Notes under the pieces: generated by a model
The model's input: only the letters and a program-made list of their open reading frames with translations
The model's database searches: none
Told to the model about the DNA's origin: nothing
Program-made: the position numbers and the translations under genes
Assembly (NCBI GenBank): GCA_029007315.1
Contig: JAQXHO010000092.1
Location: forward strand, 1 to 46,286
Source of the DNA: Oscillospiraceae bacterium
GTDB lineage: Bacteria > Bacillota > Clostridia > Oscillospirales > Ruminococcaceae
DNA length: 46,286 bases
Reading direction: 5' to 3'
Part shown: positions 17,735-26,465 of the stretch, one piece after another
Numbering within the stretch: position 1 is the stretch's first letter
How the letters are laid out: the number at the start of each line of letters is the position of its first letter

Positions 17735-17763
17735 ATTATATCATAATCCATAATTTATTGCAA
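17735..17763 (-). promoter_or_regulatory. sigmaA promoter of the dockerin/GTPase/C_GCAxxG run
   Basis: Minus strand TTGCAA-17-TATAAT with extended TG. Confidence 0.7.
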
Positions 17764-17906
17764 TACAGATAAATCGTTTTTTCACCTGTTTACGGGAATT
17801 TTGTTTAATGCAGCACCGCACAAATGACGCTTTGCAGATTGCCGCATGGTCTGCCTGCATTTTGCGCAAAGTTTTGTCAGAAATTTCCATAAAAACAGTA
17901 CAATAC

Positions 17907-17953
17907 AAAAAATCAAAGGGACTGATCCGGTTTTTCCCTGCATCAGTCCCTTG
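17907..17953 (-). terminator. Intrinsic terminator of glgA
   Basis: AAGGGACTGAT...ATCAGTCCCTT stem; A-run on + gives a U tail on -. Confidence 0.75.
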
Positions 17954-17969
17954 TTTTAAAAATTATACA

Positions 17970-19433
17970 TTAATCGTGCATACCACGCATGATCCAGTCA
18001 TACATACCCTGATACTGAAGCGCAGAGCTGCCCCATGAGAAATCCTTTTCCATGCCTCTCTTTATAATATCGTCCCAGTCACTGCGGTAATCAAAATAAA
18101 TCTTCTTAGCATAGTTGATAGTATAAAGCAGGTCATCTGCATTGTAGTGCTGGAATGTAAAGCCTGTACCTGTTTTTTCGTATTCATTGTAAGGCTCGAC
18201 AGTATCCTTCAGACCGCCTGTTTCACGCACGATCGGCACTGTACCGTATCTCAGTGAGATAAGCTGCGTCAGTCCGCAGGGTTCAAAGCGTGAAGGCACA
18301 AGCATTGCGTCAGCAGCAGAATACAGTTTGTGAGCAAGTGCGTCGCTGTAGAAAATATTTGCAGAAACTCTGTCCGGATGTTTGCCCTGATAATATCTGA
18401 ACATATTTTCATACTTGGAATCGCCTGTACCGATCACTACAAACTGTGTGAATTCATCGGTAATGCGTTCAGCGATCCAGTCCACAAGATCAAGACCCTT
18501 CTGGTCTGTAAGTCTTGAGATTATTGCGATCATGAATTTATTTTCATCTACAGGCAGACCCAGCTCCTTCTGCAGTGCCATTTTGTTAAGCTTTTTCTTT
18601 TTGATTACATCTTTAACGCTGTAATTTTCAGTGATTTTCTTGTCGGTTTCCGGATTATATACATCATAGTCAATTCCATTGAGAATACCTCTCAGTGAAC
18701 GGCTTCTTGCACACAGCAGACCGTCAAGCTGTTCGCCGTAATAAGGAGTTTTTATTTCCTCTGCATATGTTTCACTTACTGTAGTGATGTAGTCCGCATA
18801 AACAAGACCGCCTTTGAGCATATTTGCGTCCTTTTTGAATTCCAGCTTATCCGGAGTGAACATATAACCCGGAAGGCCTGTATTGTACAGGAAGTGACGT
18901 ATATCCCAAACGCCCTGGAATTTAAGGTTATGTATAGTCATTATTGTTTTAGTGCCCCAGTAGAAGCTGTGAGATGCAAATGTGCTTCTGAGGAATACAG
19001 GAATCATTCCTGTCTGCCAGTCGTGACAGTGAATAATATCCGGATGGAATCCTACTACAGGCATAATAGCAAGTACAGCCTTACAGAAGAAAATATATCT
19101 TTCGATATCCCACATAATAGAACTTGAATATGGTGTATCGCACTTGAAATAATATTCATTGTCCACAAAGTAGAATTTTATGCCTTCATATTCATATTCC
19201 ATTACACCGACAAACATTTTGTCATGCCTCTGACCATAGTCCATATAGAAGCTTGTGACATGGCGGAACTGACCTCTGTATTCCCATGGAATGCAGGTAT
19301 AATTCGGAAGAATAACACGCACATCATATTCCTGCTTGTAAAGATTTTTTGGCAAAGCACCTACTACGTCGGCAAGACCTCCTGTCTTTACAAACGGTAC
19401 GCATTCGGAAGCTGCAAATAAAATATTTTTCAT
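17970..19433 (-). CDS. glgA: Glycogen synthase (GT5)
   Basis: KTGGLADV, HCHDWQ, TIHNL.FQG, SRLTDQKG, PSRFEPCGL, TGGLKDTV. Start placed at MKNILFAASE (start uncertain, see findings). Confidence 0.95.
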   Translation of the reverse strand: MKNILFAASECVPFVKTGGLADVVGALPKNLYKQEYDVRVILPNYTCIPWEYRGQFRHVTSFYMDYGQRHDKMFVGVMEYEYEGIKFYFVDNEYYFKCDTPYSSSIMWDIERYIFFCKAVLAIMPVVGFHPDIIHCHDWQTGMIPVFLRSTFASHSFYWGTKTIMTIHNLKFQGVWDIRHFLYNTGLPGYMFTPDKLEFKKDANMLKGGLVYADYITTVSETYAEEIKTPYYGEQLDGLLCARSRSLRGILNGIDYDVYNPETDKKITENYSVKDVIKKKKLNKMALQKELGLPVDENKFMIAIISRLTDQKGLDLVDWIAERITDEFTQFVVIGTGDSKYENMFRYYQGKHPDRVSANIFYSDALAHKLYSAADAMLVPSRFEPCGLTQLISLRYGTVPIVRETGGLKDTVEPYNEYEKTGTGFTFQHYNADDLLYTINYAKKIYFDYRSDWDDIIKRGMEKDFSWGSSALQYQGMYDWIMRGMHD

Positions 19434-19519
19434 AGTCTGATCGTCGTATGCACAGTCACTCTGTACACACAAGCTCCTTTCCCTAATAATATTGCGGCAG
19501 GATACAGCCTGCCACTATT

Positions 19520-19548
19520 ATTATACTACTTATTTAACGAAACGTCAA
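19520..19548 (-). promoter_or_regulatory. sigmaA promoter of glgA
   Basis: Minus strand TTGACG-17-TATAAT. Confidence 0.8.
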
Positions 19549-19643
19549 GGACTTTTGCGAATTTTTTTCAGCGAATATACACAAAAATCGACTGAATGTA
19601 TTTATGAACCCGAAACAGCCTATACTTATCCGGAGGTGGTATC

Positions 19644-21275
19644 ATGAAAAAAAGAATATGTCTTCACAGAGAAGCTTCGGGAAGATTATGGACATTAAGA
19701 CTTGTAATGACAGTATTTTGCAGCTGGCTCATAACAGGACTTGCAGGAAACGCAGCTTCTACGGAATATCGTGCGGCAGGAGAAATGCAGGGAACATTTA
19801 CAGTAAAGCTTCCTGTATCCTTTGGCACGATTTATGACAGAAACGGCATTCCTCTTGTGAATGCTGAAAGCAGAAAATATGCAGTGCTGAGCGGAAATGC
19901 TGATCAGGCAGAGAGAGTAATGCCATTTGCCGCTGACAAAAAGGAATTTGCAGAAAAAGCAGCAGAAGGAGTACCCTTTATCTGTGAACTTACAGAAAAC
20001 AGCAGCGAAATTCATGATGACGTGACTGTGATTGACGTTCCCGTGCGTTATGATAAAGAGGGAACGGCAGAGCATATCATAGGATATATACAGGACGGCC
20101 ACGGTGTATGCGGACTTGAACTTGACTATGATGAGATTCTGAGGCGTGATAACGGGCAGACGAAGGTTACGTTTTCAGTTGACGGAACAGGACGTGCATT
20201 TTCGGGTGAAGAAGCTGTTGTTCAGTATGCTCCCAGGTCTTCCCAGGGAGTGGTAACAACTATTGATGCAGGCATTCAGAAAATATGCGAGAAGGCGTCC
20301 TGTTCCCTTAAAAAAGGTGCAGTGGTTGTAATGAATGTAAACAGCGGAGATATACTCGGACTTGTAAGCAGACCTGCGTATTCCCTTGATGATATGGAAT
20401 CGGCGCTTTCATCTGAAGACAGCCCTCTTATCAATCATGCTCTATGTGCCTACCCTGTAGGTTCGATTTTCAAGCTTGTTACAACGGCTGCTGCAATAGA
20501 AACTGGCAATGAGGATTTTGCATATGAATGCACAGGAAGCATAGATGTAGGTACTCAGCATTTCTCATGCCACAAGAAGGAAGGCCATGGCAGTCTTGCG
20601 CTGGATACGGCTCTCATTGGTTCATGCAATCCCTATTTCATTGCCCTCAGCGAAAGAATATCAGCTCTTGAAATGTTCGAAACAGCGGCAAGGTTCGGCT
20701 TTGGAAGTGAGATAGGATTATCTGACAGTATTTTCGGCAGAAAAGGCTATCTGCCTGATGTACAGGAGCTTATGCTGCCTGCGGAAAAGGGGAATTTTTC
20801 ATTCGGACAGGGAAAACTTACTGCTTCGCCATTGCAGATAACAAGAATGACATCAGCTATAGCAAACGGCGGATTCCTTCCGGAGGCAAGACTTGTAATA
20901 GGTGAAACTGAAGATGGCAGTGCTGAAAATACTGTAAATTTCAGTACCGGAAAACGTGTGATACAGAAGGAAACCTCAGATGAGCTGAGGAAAATGATGA
21001 TAGGCGTAGTATACGGCGGAAGCAATTTCAAGGGTAAACCTGAAGGCGTATGTGCTGGAGCGAAGACATCTACAGCTCAGACAGGCAGATATAACGAAAA
21101 CGGCGAAGAGTACTGCCATGGCTGGGTAACAGGCTTTTTTCCTGCACATGATCCGGAATTTGCCGTAACTGTTCTTGCAGAGGACGCAGGCTACGGAAAC
21201 GATTCTGCCGCACCTGTTTTTAAGGAGATCGCTGAAGGAATGAGAGAATATGCCAGGAAATCACAGCAAAAATAA
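19644..21275 (+). CDS. Class B penicillin-binding protein (SpoVD/FtsI-like transpeptidase)
   Basis: N-terminal anchor, G.IYDRNG, GLE..YD..L; catalytic motifs SIFK, SCN, KTS; RBS GGAGGT. Confidence 0.88.
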   Translation: MKKRICLHREASGRLWTLRLVMTVFCSWLITGLAGNAASTEYRAAGEMQGTFTVKLPVSFGTIYDRNGIPLVNAESRKYAVLSGNADQAERVMPFAADKKEFAEKAAEGVPFICELTENSSEIHDDVTVIDVPVRYDKEGTAEHIIGYIQDGHGVCGLELDYDEILRRDNGQTKVTFSVDGTGRAFSGEEAVVQYAPRSSQGVVTTIDAGIQKICEKASCSLKKGAVVVMNVNSGDILGLVSRPAYSLDDMESALSSEDSPLINHALCAYPVGSIFKLVTTAAAIETGNEDFAYECTGSIDVGTQHFSCHKKEGHGSLALDTALIGSCNPYFIALSERISALEMFETAARFGFGSEIGLSDSIFGRKGYLPDVQELMLPAEKGNFSFGQGKLTASPLQITRMTSAIANGGFLPEARLVIGETEDGSAENTVNFSTGKRVIQKETSDELRKMMIGVVYGGSNFKGKPEGVCAGAKTSTAQTGRYNENGEEYCHGWVTGFFPAHDPEFAVTVLAEDAGYGNDSAAPVFKEIAEGMREYARKSQQK

Positions 21276-21314
21276 TATCTGATTCAAACAGGTGATTATA
21301 TATACAAAAACCTG

Positions 21315-21343
21315 TTGCAATTTTGTTTTGTATATGCTATACT
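21315..21343 (+). promoter_or_regulatory. sigmaA promoter of the COG0523 operon
   Basis: TTGCAA-17-TATACT with extended TG; overlapped by inverted repeat ATATACAAAA...TTTTGTATAT. Confidence 0.7.
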
Positions 21344-21386
21344 AAAAGGTAAAGTACAATTATATTATCAGAAAGAAGTGTTTGAT

Positions 21387-22394
21387 ATGACAAAAATTCA
21401 TATTTTCTCCGGCTTTTTAGGTGCCGGCAAGACAACTCTCATTAAAAAGCTTATTGCCGAAAGCTATGCAGGCGAAAAACTTGTTCTTATTGAAAACGAA
21501 TTCGGCGAGATCGGTATTGACGGCGGATTTTTGCAGGACGCAGGCGTTGCTGTTACTGAAATGAACAGCGGCTGTATATGCTGCAGTCTTGTTGGAGATT
21601 TCGGCAAGGCTCTTGCACAGGTGCTTGAAACATATCACCCGGACCGTATCCTGATTGAACCCTCAGGCGTAGGCAAGCTCAGCGACGTTATCCGTGCAGT
21701 TCAAAATGTACAGGTAGATGACGCTGTTCTGGAAGGAAGCGTAACAGTTGTAGACGCCAAGAAATGCAAAATGTATCAGAAGAATTTCGGCGAATTCTGG
21801 GGCAATCAGATTGAAAATGCTGACTGCATTATTCTCAGTCATACTAAGGGACTTTCACCGGAAAAGCTGAAAGATGCAGCAGACCGTGTCCGTGCTATGA
21901 ATAACAAGGCTGTTCTTATCACTACTGACTGGGAAGAGCTTACCGGAAATCAGATCCTTGCAGCAATAAACCGTGCAGATACTTTGAGCAGTGAGCTGGA
22001 AAAGCTTAAAGAGGAAACCTGTGAACATCATCATCACCACCATGAAGAGGGTGAGGAATGCTGCTGCGGACATCACCATGACCACGACCATGACCATGAG
22101 CATCACCACCACCATGCAGATGATATTTTCACCAGCTGGGGCAGAGAAACTACCCGTGTGTATTCTGAAGAGGAAATTTCTTCTGCACTCTCTGAACTTG
22201 AAAATGAAGAAAAATTTGGCTTTATCCTTCGTGCAAAGGGAATTGTTCCCTGTACAGACGGCACATGGATCCACTTTGACTATGTACCCGGCACTCCGGA
22301 TATCAGAAGAGGAAGCGCAGGCACTACCGGCAGACTTTGCGTTATCGGCTCAAAGATAAACGAAGAAAAGATTGCAGAGATATTCATGGCGTAA
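21387..22394 (+). CDS. COG0523/CobW-family GTPase (metallochaperone) with His-rich linker
   Basis: Start at MTKIHIFSGFLGAGKTT; ENEFGE, GCICC, EPSG; poly-His segment; CobW_C-like LRAKG. Confidence 0.92.
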   Translation: MTKIHIFSGFLGAGKTTLIKKLIAESYAGEKLVLIENEFGEIGIDGGFLQDAGVAVTEMNSGCICCSLVGDFGKALAQVLETYHPDRILIEPSGVGKLSDVIRAVQNVQVDDAVLEGSVTVVDAKKCKMYQKNFGEFWGNQIENADCIILSHTKGLSPEKLKDAADRVRAMNNKAVLITTDWEELTGNQILAAINRADTLSSELEKLKEETCEHHHHHHEEGEECCCGHHHDHDHDHEHHHHHADDIFTSWGRETTRVYSEEEISSALSELENEEKFGFILRAKGIVPCTDGTWIHFDYVPGTPDIRRGSAGTTGRLCVIGSKINEEKIAEIFMA

Positions 22395-22406
22395 GGAGTG
22401 AAGGAC

Positions 22407-23369
22407 ATGGCTAAAAAACAGACACCTGTGGATGTTCCTGTATATCTTTTTACAGGATTTCTGGAATCCGGAAAGACTAAATTCATTCAGGGAACATTTG
22501 AGGACAAGCGTTTCAACGGCGGCGAAAGAACTCTTCTTCTTATCTGCGAAGAGGGTGAAGAGGAATATGACCTCTCACTGTTTCCGTATAAAAATGTATA
22601 TATCCGTACAATTGAGGATCCTTCTGAGCTTACGCCGGACAATCTGTCGGCTCTTCTTGAGGAAACAGGCGCAGAACGTGTTGTAGTTGAGTATAACGGT
22701 ATGTGGCAGCTTCAGAATATCTTCGGAAATCTGCCGGAGAACTGGGCGGTTTATCAGGAAATGATGTTTGTAGATTCCACAACATTTCTCAATTACAACG
22801 CAAATATGAGAAGTCTTGTTGTAGACAAGCTGAATACCTGCGACCTTGTGGCTTTCAACCGCTTTTCAAAGGATTATGACAAAATGGAATTCCATAAGAT
22901 CGTCAGAGGAATAAGCCGCCGTGCTGATATAGCATACGAATATGCAAACGGACAGGTGGAGTATGACGACATCGAAGATCCGCTGCCATTTGATATAAAT
23001 GCGGACACCATTGTAATAGAAGATACAGATTATGCTTTGTGGTACAGGGATATTATGGAGGAACCCCAGAAATACAATGGCAAGATAATGAAATTCCGTG
23101 GACTTGTGGCAATGGACAGTAAGTTTCCCAGCGGAATGTTTGCAGTGGGCAGACACGTAATGACCTGCTGTGTTGACGATATATCCTACTGCTGTATTGT
23201 GGCTGAATGGAAAAATTCAGCATCACTCCAGAGCAGACAGTGGGTGAATGTGACAGGTACTATAGAGGTTAAAAAGCACAAGCTTTACCGTGGAAAGGGT
23301 CCTGTACTTAAGGTTTCTGAAGTCGTGCTGACTTCTGCACCGGAACAGGAAGTTGCCACATTTTATTAA
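22407..23369 (+). CDS. Divergent COG0523-like GTPase fused to a TIGR03943/DUF1980-like C-terminal domain
   Basis: VYLFTGFLESGKT, CEEGEEEY, VEYNGMW; C-terminal GRHVMTCCVDD...WVNVTG. ATG 22407 follows RBS AAGGAG. Confidence 0.8.
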   Translation: MAKKQTPVDVPVYLFTGFLESGKTKFIQGTFEDKRFNGGERTLLLICEEGEEEYDLSLFPYKNVYIRTIEDPSELTPDNLSALLEETGAERVVVEYNGMWQLQNIFGNLPENWAVYQEMMFVDSTTFLNYNANMRSLVVDKLNTCDLVAFNRFSKDYDKMEFHKIVRGISRRADIAYEYANGQVEYDDIEDPLPFDINADTIVIEDTDYALWYRDIMEEPQKYNGKIMKFRGLVAMDSKFPSGMFAVGRHVMTCCVDDISYCCIVAEWKNSASLQSRQWVNVTGTIEVKKHKLYRGKGPVLKVSEVVLTSAPEQEVATFY

Positions 23370-23398
23370 GATTATGACCCTTGCAGGAGGTGAGGAAA

Positions 23399-25312
23399 AT
23401 ACTTATCCGTCTTAATGATGTAAATAAGATATACAATGGAAATCCCGTGCTTTCCCATATTGATCTTACAATAGAAGACAGGGACAGGATAGGTCTTATA
23501 GGCGTGAATGGATGTGGAAAGTCTACTCTTCTGAAGCTTATCACAAAGCAGATACTTCCGGATCATCTTACAGAGGGTGACGGAGAGATAGTTTATTCCG
23601 GAAAGACTACTGTGGGATATCTTGAACAGATGAGCGGACTTGACCGGGAAAGTACTGTGTGGGCGGAGATGAGGGGCGTTTTCAGTGAACTCCTTGCTGC
23701 TGAGGAAAAGATGAACAGCCTTGCAAAGGAGCTGGAATCCGGCAATGGCAGGGCAGGAGAGGAATATCACCGTCTGCAAAGCTGGTTTGAAAGCAATGAC
23801 GGTTACCGGATCGATGTGAGAATTAAGACCGTGCTGAACGGCATGGGATTCGGTGAGGAAAGCTATGACAGAATAATCTCAGGCTTCAGCGGAGGCGAAA
23901 AAACACGCCTTGCCATAGCAAAGCTGCTTCTTGAAGAGCCGAACCTTCTCATACTGGACGAGCCTACCAATCATCTGGATTTTAAAACAGTAATGTGGCT
24001 TGAAGATTATCTTAAAGATTACAAAGGTGCATTGCTTATAGTATCCCATGACAGATATTTCCTTGACAGGCTGTGTACATCTGTCTGTGAGATAGAACGC
24101 ACAAGACTTACAAGGTACAAGGGTAATTATACTGCTTTTACAGCACTGAAAGAAGCCGCTGTTGCAAGACAGATGAAGGAATACGAGATGCAGCAGAAGG
24201 AAATTGCCAAGCTGGAGGATTACATTGCAAGGAATCAGACAAGGGCGTCAACAGCAAAAAGCGCTCAGAGTCGGATGAAGCAGCTTGACAAGATAGAACG
24301 CATTGAAAAGCCTCTTACTTATCACAAGCAGGCAAGGGTGCGTTTTGATTATGACATTGACCCGCCTCAGCAGCTTCTGCAGGTGCAGGATATAGATATT
24401 TCCGTTGGAGAAGGTTCATCACGGAAAACTCTTGTGGAATCTCTTTCATTTGAGGTAAGACGCGGCGAGAAATGGGGCATAATCGGCGATAACGGCATTG
24501 GCAAGTCCACTCTTCTGAAAGAATTGCAGGGAATACTTCCTCATAAAGGCAGAGTCCGCTGGACAAGCAATGTTAAACGTTCATATTTTGAACAGGAAAG
24601 CACAAATCTCACTCCTTCAAAGACCATTATGCAGGAAATACATGACAGAGTGCCTGCATGGACAGATCTCCAGGTCAGAAGCCTGCTGGGACAGGTGAGA
24701 ATAACAGGAGAGGACGTTTACAAGCAGATAGGCGTAATAAGCGGCGGCGAAAGAGCCAAGGTGTGTTTTGCTGTAATGATGCTTGAACGTGGAAATGTAC
24801 TTATTCTTGACGAGCCTACAAACCACCTTGATATTTCCATGAAAGAAGTCATCGAAGACGCTCTTATGGATTTCGGCGGAACTCTTTTGTTTGTATCTCA
24901 TGACAGATATCTGCTTGACAAGGTTGCTGACCATATACTGGAGATAACTGCTGACGGAATAAAAGTATATAACGGCGGTTTTACAGGCTGGCTTGAGGCT
25001 CAGCAGCAGGAGCAGAAGGCTCTGAATGAGGCTGTACGTGAAAAATCCGTGGATAACAGCGAAAAGCCTGCATACCGTTCAAAGCAGCAGAGAGCCGCAG
25101 AGGCAAAGATGAGGGTAAGAAAGCGTGAACTTGAAAAGCTTTGCGACGATCTTCAGGAGGAGCTTGACAGGCTTACTGCGGAAACTGCAATGGAAGAGGT
25201 ATACAGTAATTTCGAACTTATGCAGGAAAAGTGCAGCCGTATGGAAGAAATAAGACAGCAGACAGACGAGGCTCTGGAGGAGCTTATTCTTCTGGAAGAT
25301 GAACTGGGATAA
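23399..25312 (+). CDS. ABC-F family ribosome-associated ATPase
   Basis: Two NBDs (GVNGCGKS/FSGGE/LDEPTNHLD; GDNGIGKS/ISGGE/LDEPTNHLD), no TM, C-terminal coiled coil. Start may be TTG 23381 or ATA 23399. Confidence 0.92.
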   Translation: MLIRLNDVNKIYNGNPVLSHIDLTIEDRDRIGLIGVNGCGKSTLLKLITKQILPDHLTEGDGEIVYSGKTTVGYLEQMSGLDRESTVWAEMRGVFSELLAAEEKMNSLAKELESGNGRAGEEYHRLQSWFESNDGYRIDVRIKTVLNGMGFGEESYDRIISGFSGGEKTRLAIAKLLLEEPNLLILDEPTNHLDFKTVMWLEDYLKDYKGALLIVSHDRYFLDRLCTSVCEIERTRLTRYKGNYTAFTALKEAAVARQMKEYEMQQKEIAKLEDYIARNQTRASTAKSAQSRMKQLDKIERIEKPLTYHKQARVRFDYDIDPPQQLLQVQDIDISVGEGSSRKTLVESLSFEVRRGEKWGIIGDNGIGKSTLLKELQGILPHKGRVRWTSNVKRSYFEQESTNLTPSKTIMQEIHDRVPAWTDLQVRSLLGQVRITGEDVYKQIGVISGGERAKVCFAVMMLERGNVLILDEPTNHLDISMKEVIEDALMDFGGTLLFVSHDRYLLDKVADHILEITADGIKVYNGGFTGWLEAQQQEQKALNEAVREKSVDNSEKPAYRSKQQRAAEAKMRVRKRELEKLCDDLQEELDRLTAETAMEEVYSNFELMQEKCSRMEEIRQQTDEALEELILLEDELG

Positions 25313-25337
25313 TGATACTTTAGAAAGAGGTATGAGC

Positions 25338-26063
25338 ATGGCGTTTAAGAGAATGATCGCTCTTGCTGTATGTTCTGTTACTGTATGCAGTTTGCTTGGA
25401 GCCTGCAGCATCAGCGAGAGTAAAACAGCTGAAAGTGAAACCGAGGCTGTAATTAAAACAGAAATATCAACAGAATCTGCTTCGGTGAATAAACCCACTG
25501 AGCCTGTGAAAGTGGAAGATACTGTTGCAGCCAAGTCCGGTGACGCTTATCTTGCAATAGCAGACGGCAGCTGGTACGTTCAGTACTGGGGTACAGACGC
25601 AGACCTGCTTTCCTATGATGCCGGAGTTGTTCCTATTGAAGGCGACGGCGATTATACAGTAAGCGTAAATGGTGCTTCAAAAGGCATGATATATGATGTA
25701 ACCGGAATTGCAGATGGTGAATATATACCCTCTGGCTGTTCGTTTATGGCGGTAATTGTAAAGGACGGAGCACTTCTGCATCCGAATATGTCCATAGATA
25801 TAACGGGTATACGTGTAAACGGCGTGGAAATCGAGAGAAATGCAAGAAATTATACTGCCTCAGATGACGGAGCTGAAATGAAAGCAAATATTTTTAACGA
25901 ATGGGTTAAGGAACTTCCCGAGGACGCCCACGACGCAAACGGTACTGTTACCGATTCTTCTGTATACTCACCAAGAATCATTGATACGGCAGACATTGGC
26001 GAATGGACAAAGATAGAAGTTGATTTTACCGTATCGGGAATTAATGACAGCCAGGAAGAGTGA
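25338..26063 (+). CDS. Lipoprotein with a putative carbohydrate-binding beta-sandwich module
   Basis: RBS GAAAGAGG; lipobox LGAC; AYLAIADGSWYVQYWG, IEGDGDYTVSV, ANIFNEW resemble modules attached to ruminococcal endoglucanases. Confidence 0.65.
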   Translation: MAFKRMIALAVCSVTVCSLLGACSISESKTAESETEAVIKTEISTESASVNKPTEPVKVEDTVAAKSGDAYLAIADGSWYVQYWGTDADLLSYDAGVVPIEGDGDYTVSVNGASKGMIYDVTGIADGEYIPSGCSFMAVIVKDGALLHPNMSIDITGIRVNGVEIERNARNYTASDDGAEMKANIFNEWVKELPEDAHDANGTVTDSSVYSPRIIDTADIGEWTKIEVDFTVSGINDSQEE

Positions 26064-26069
26064 GAAAAT

Positions 26070-26465
26070 ATGCTTTATAAATATACTCTTAAAACGCCAA
26101 ATGAAGATTTTATTTCCATAACATCACAGGTAAAGGGCGCTGCAGCGGAAAGCGGAGTTGTTAATGGTATATGCACTGTTTACTGTCCTCATACAACTGC
26201 CGGAATAACTGTAAATGAAAATGCAGATCCGGATGTAGTTACAGATCTGCTTCTTGCATATGATAAGGCATTTCCTTCAAGGCCGGAGTTTCGCCATTGT
26301 GAAGGCAACAGCAGCGCTCATGCAAAGGCATCCGCTGTGGGAAGCAGTGCTTCGTTCATTATAGAAAACGGAAAACTGCTTCTTGGAACATGGCAGGGCA
26401 TTTATTTTTGTGAGTTTGACGGACCGAGAACGAGAACATTTTATGTGAAAATTATGGGAGAGTGA
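26070..26465 (+). CDS. yjbQ: YjbQ/UPF0047 family protein
   Basis: HTTAGITVNENADPDV..D, H.EGNS.AH.K, LGTWQGIYFCEFDGPR.R. Confidence 0.92.
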   Translation: MLYKYTLKTPNEDFISITSQVKGAAAESGVVNGICTVYCPHTTAGITVNENADPDVVTDLLLAYDKAFPSRPEFRHCEGNSSAHAKASAVGSSASFIIENGKLLLGTWQGIYFCEFDGPRTRTFYVKIMGE

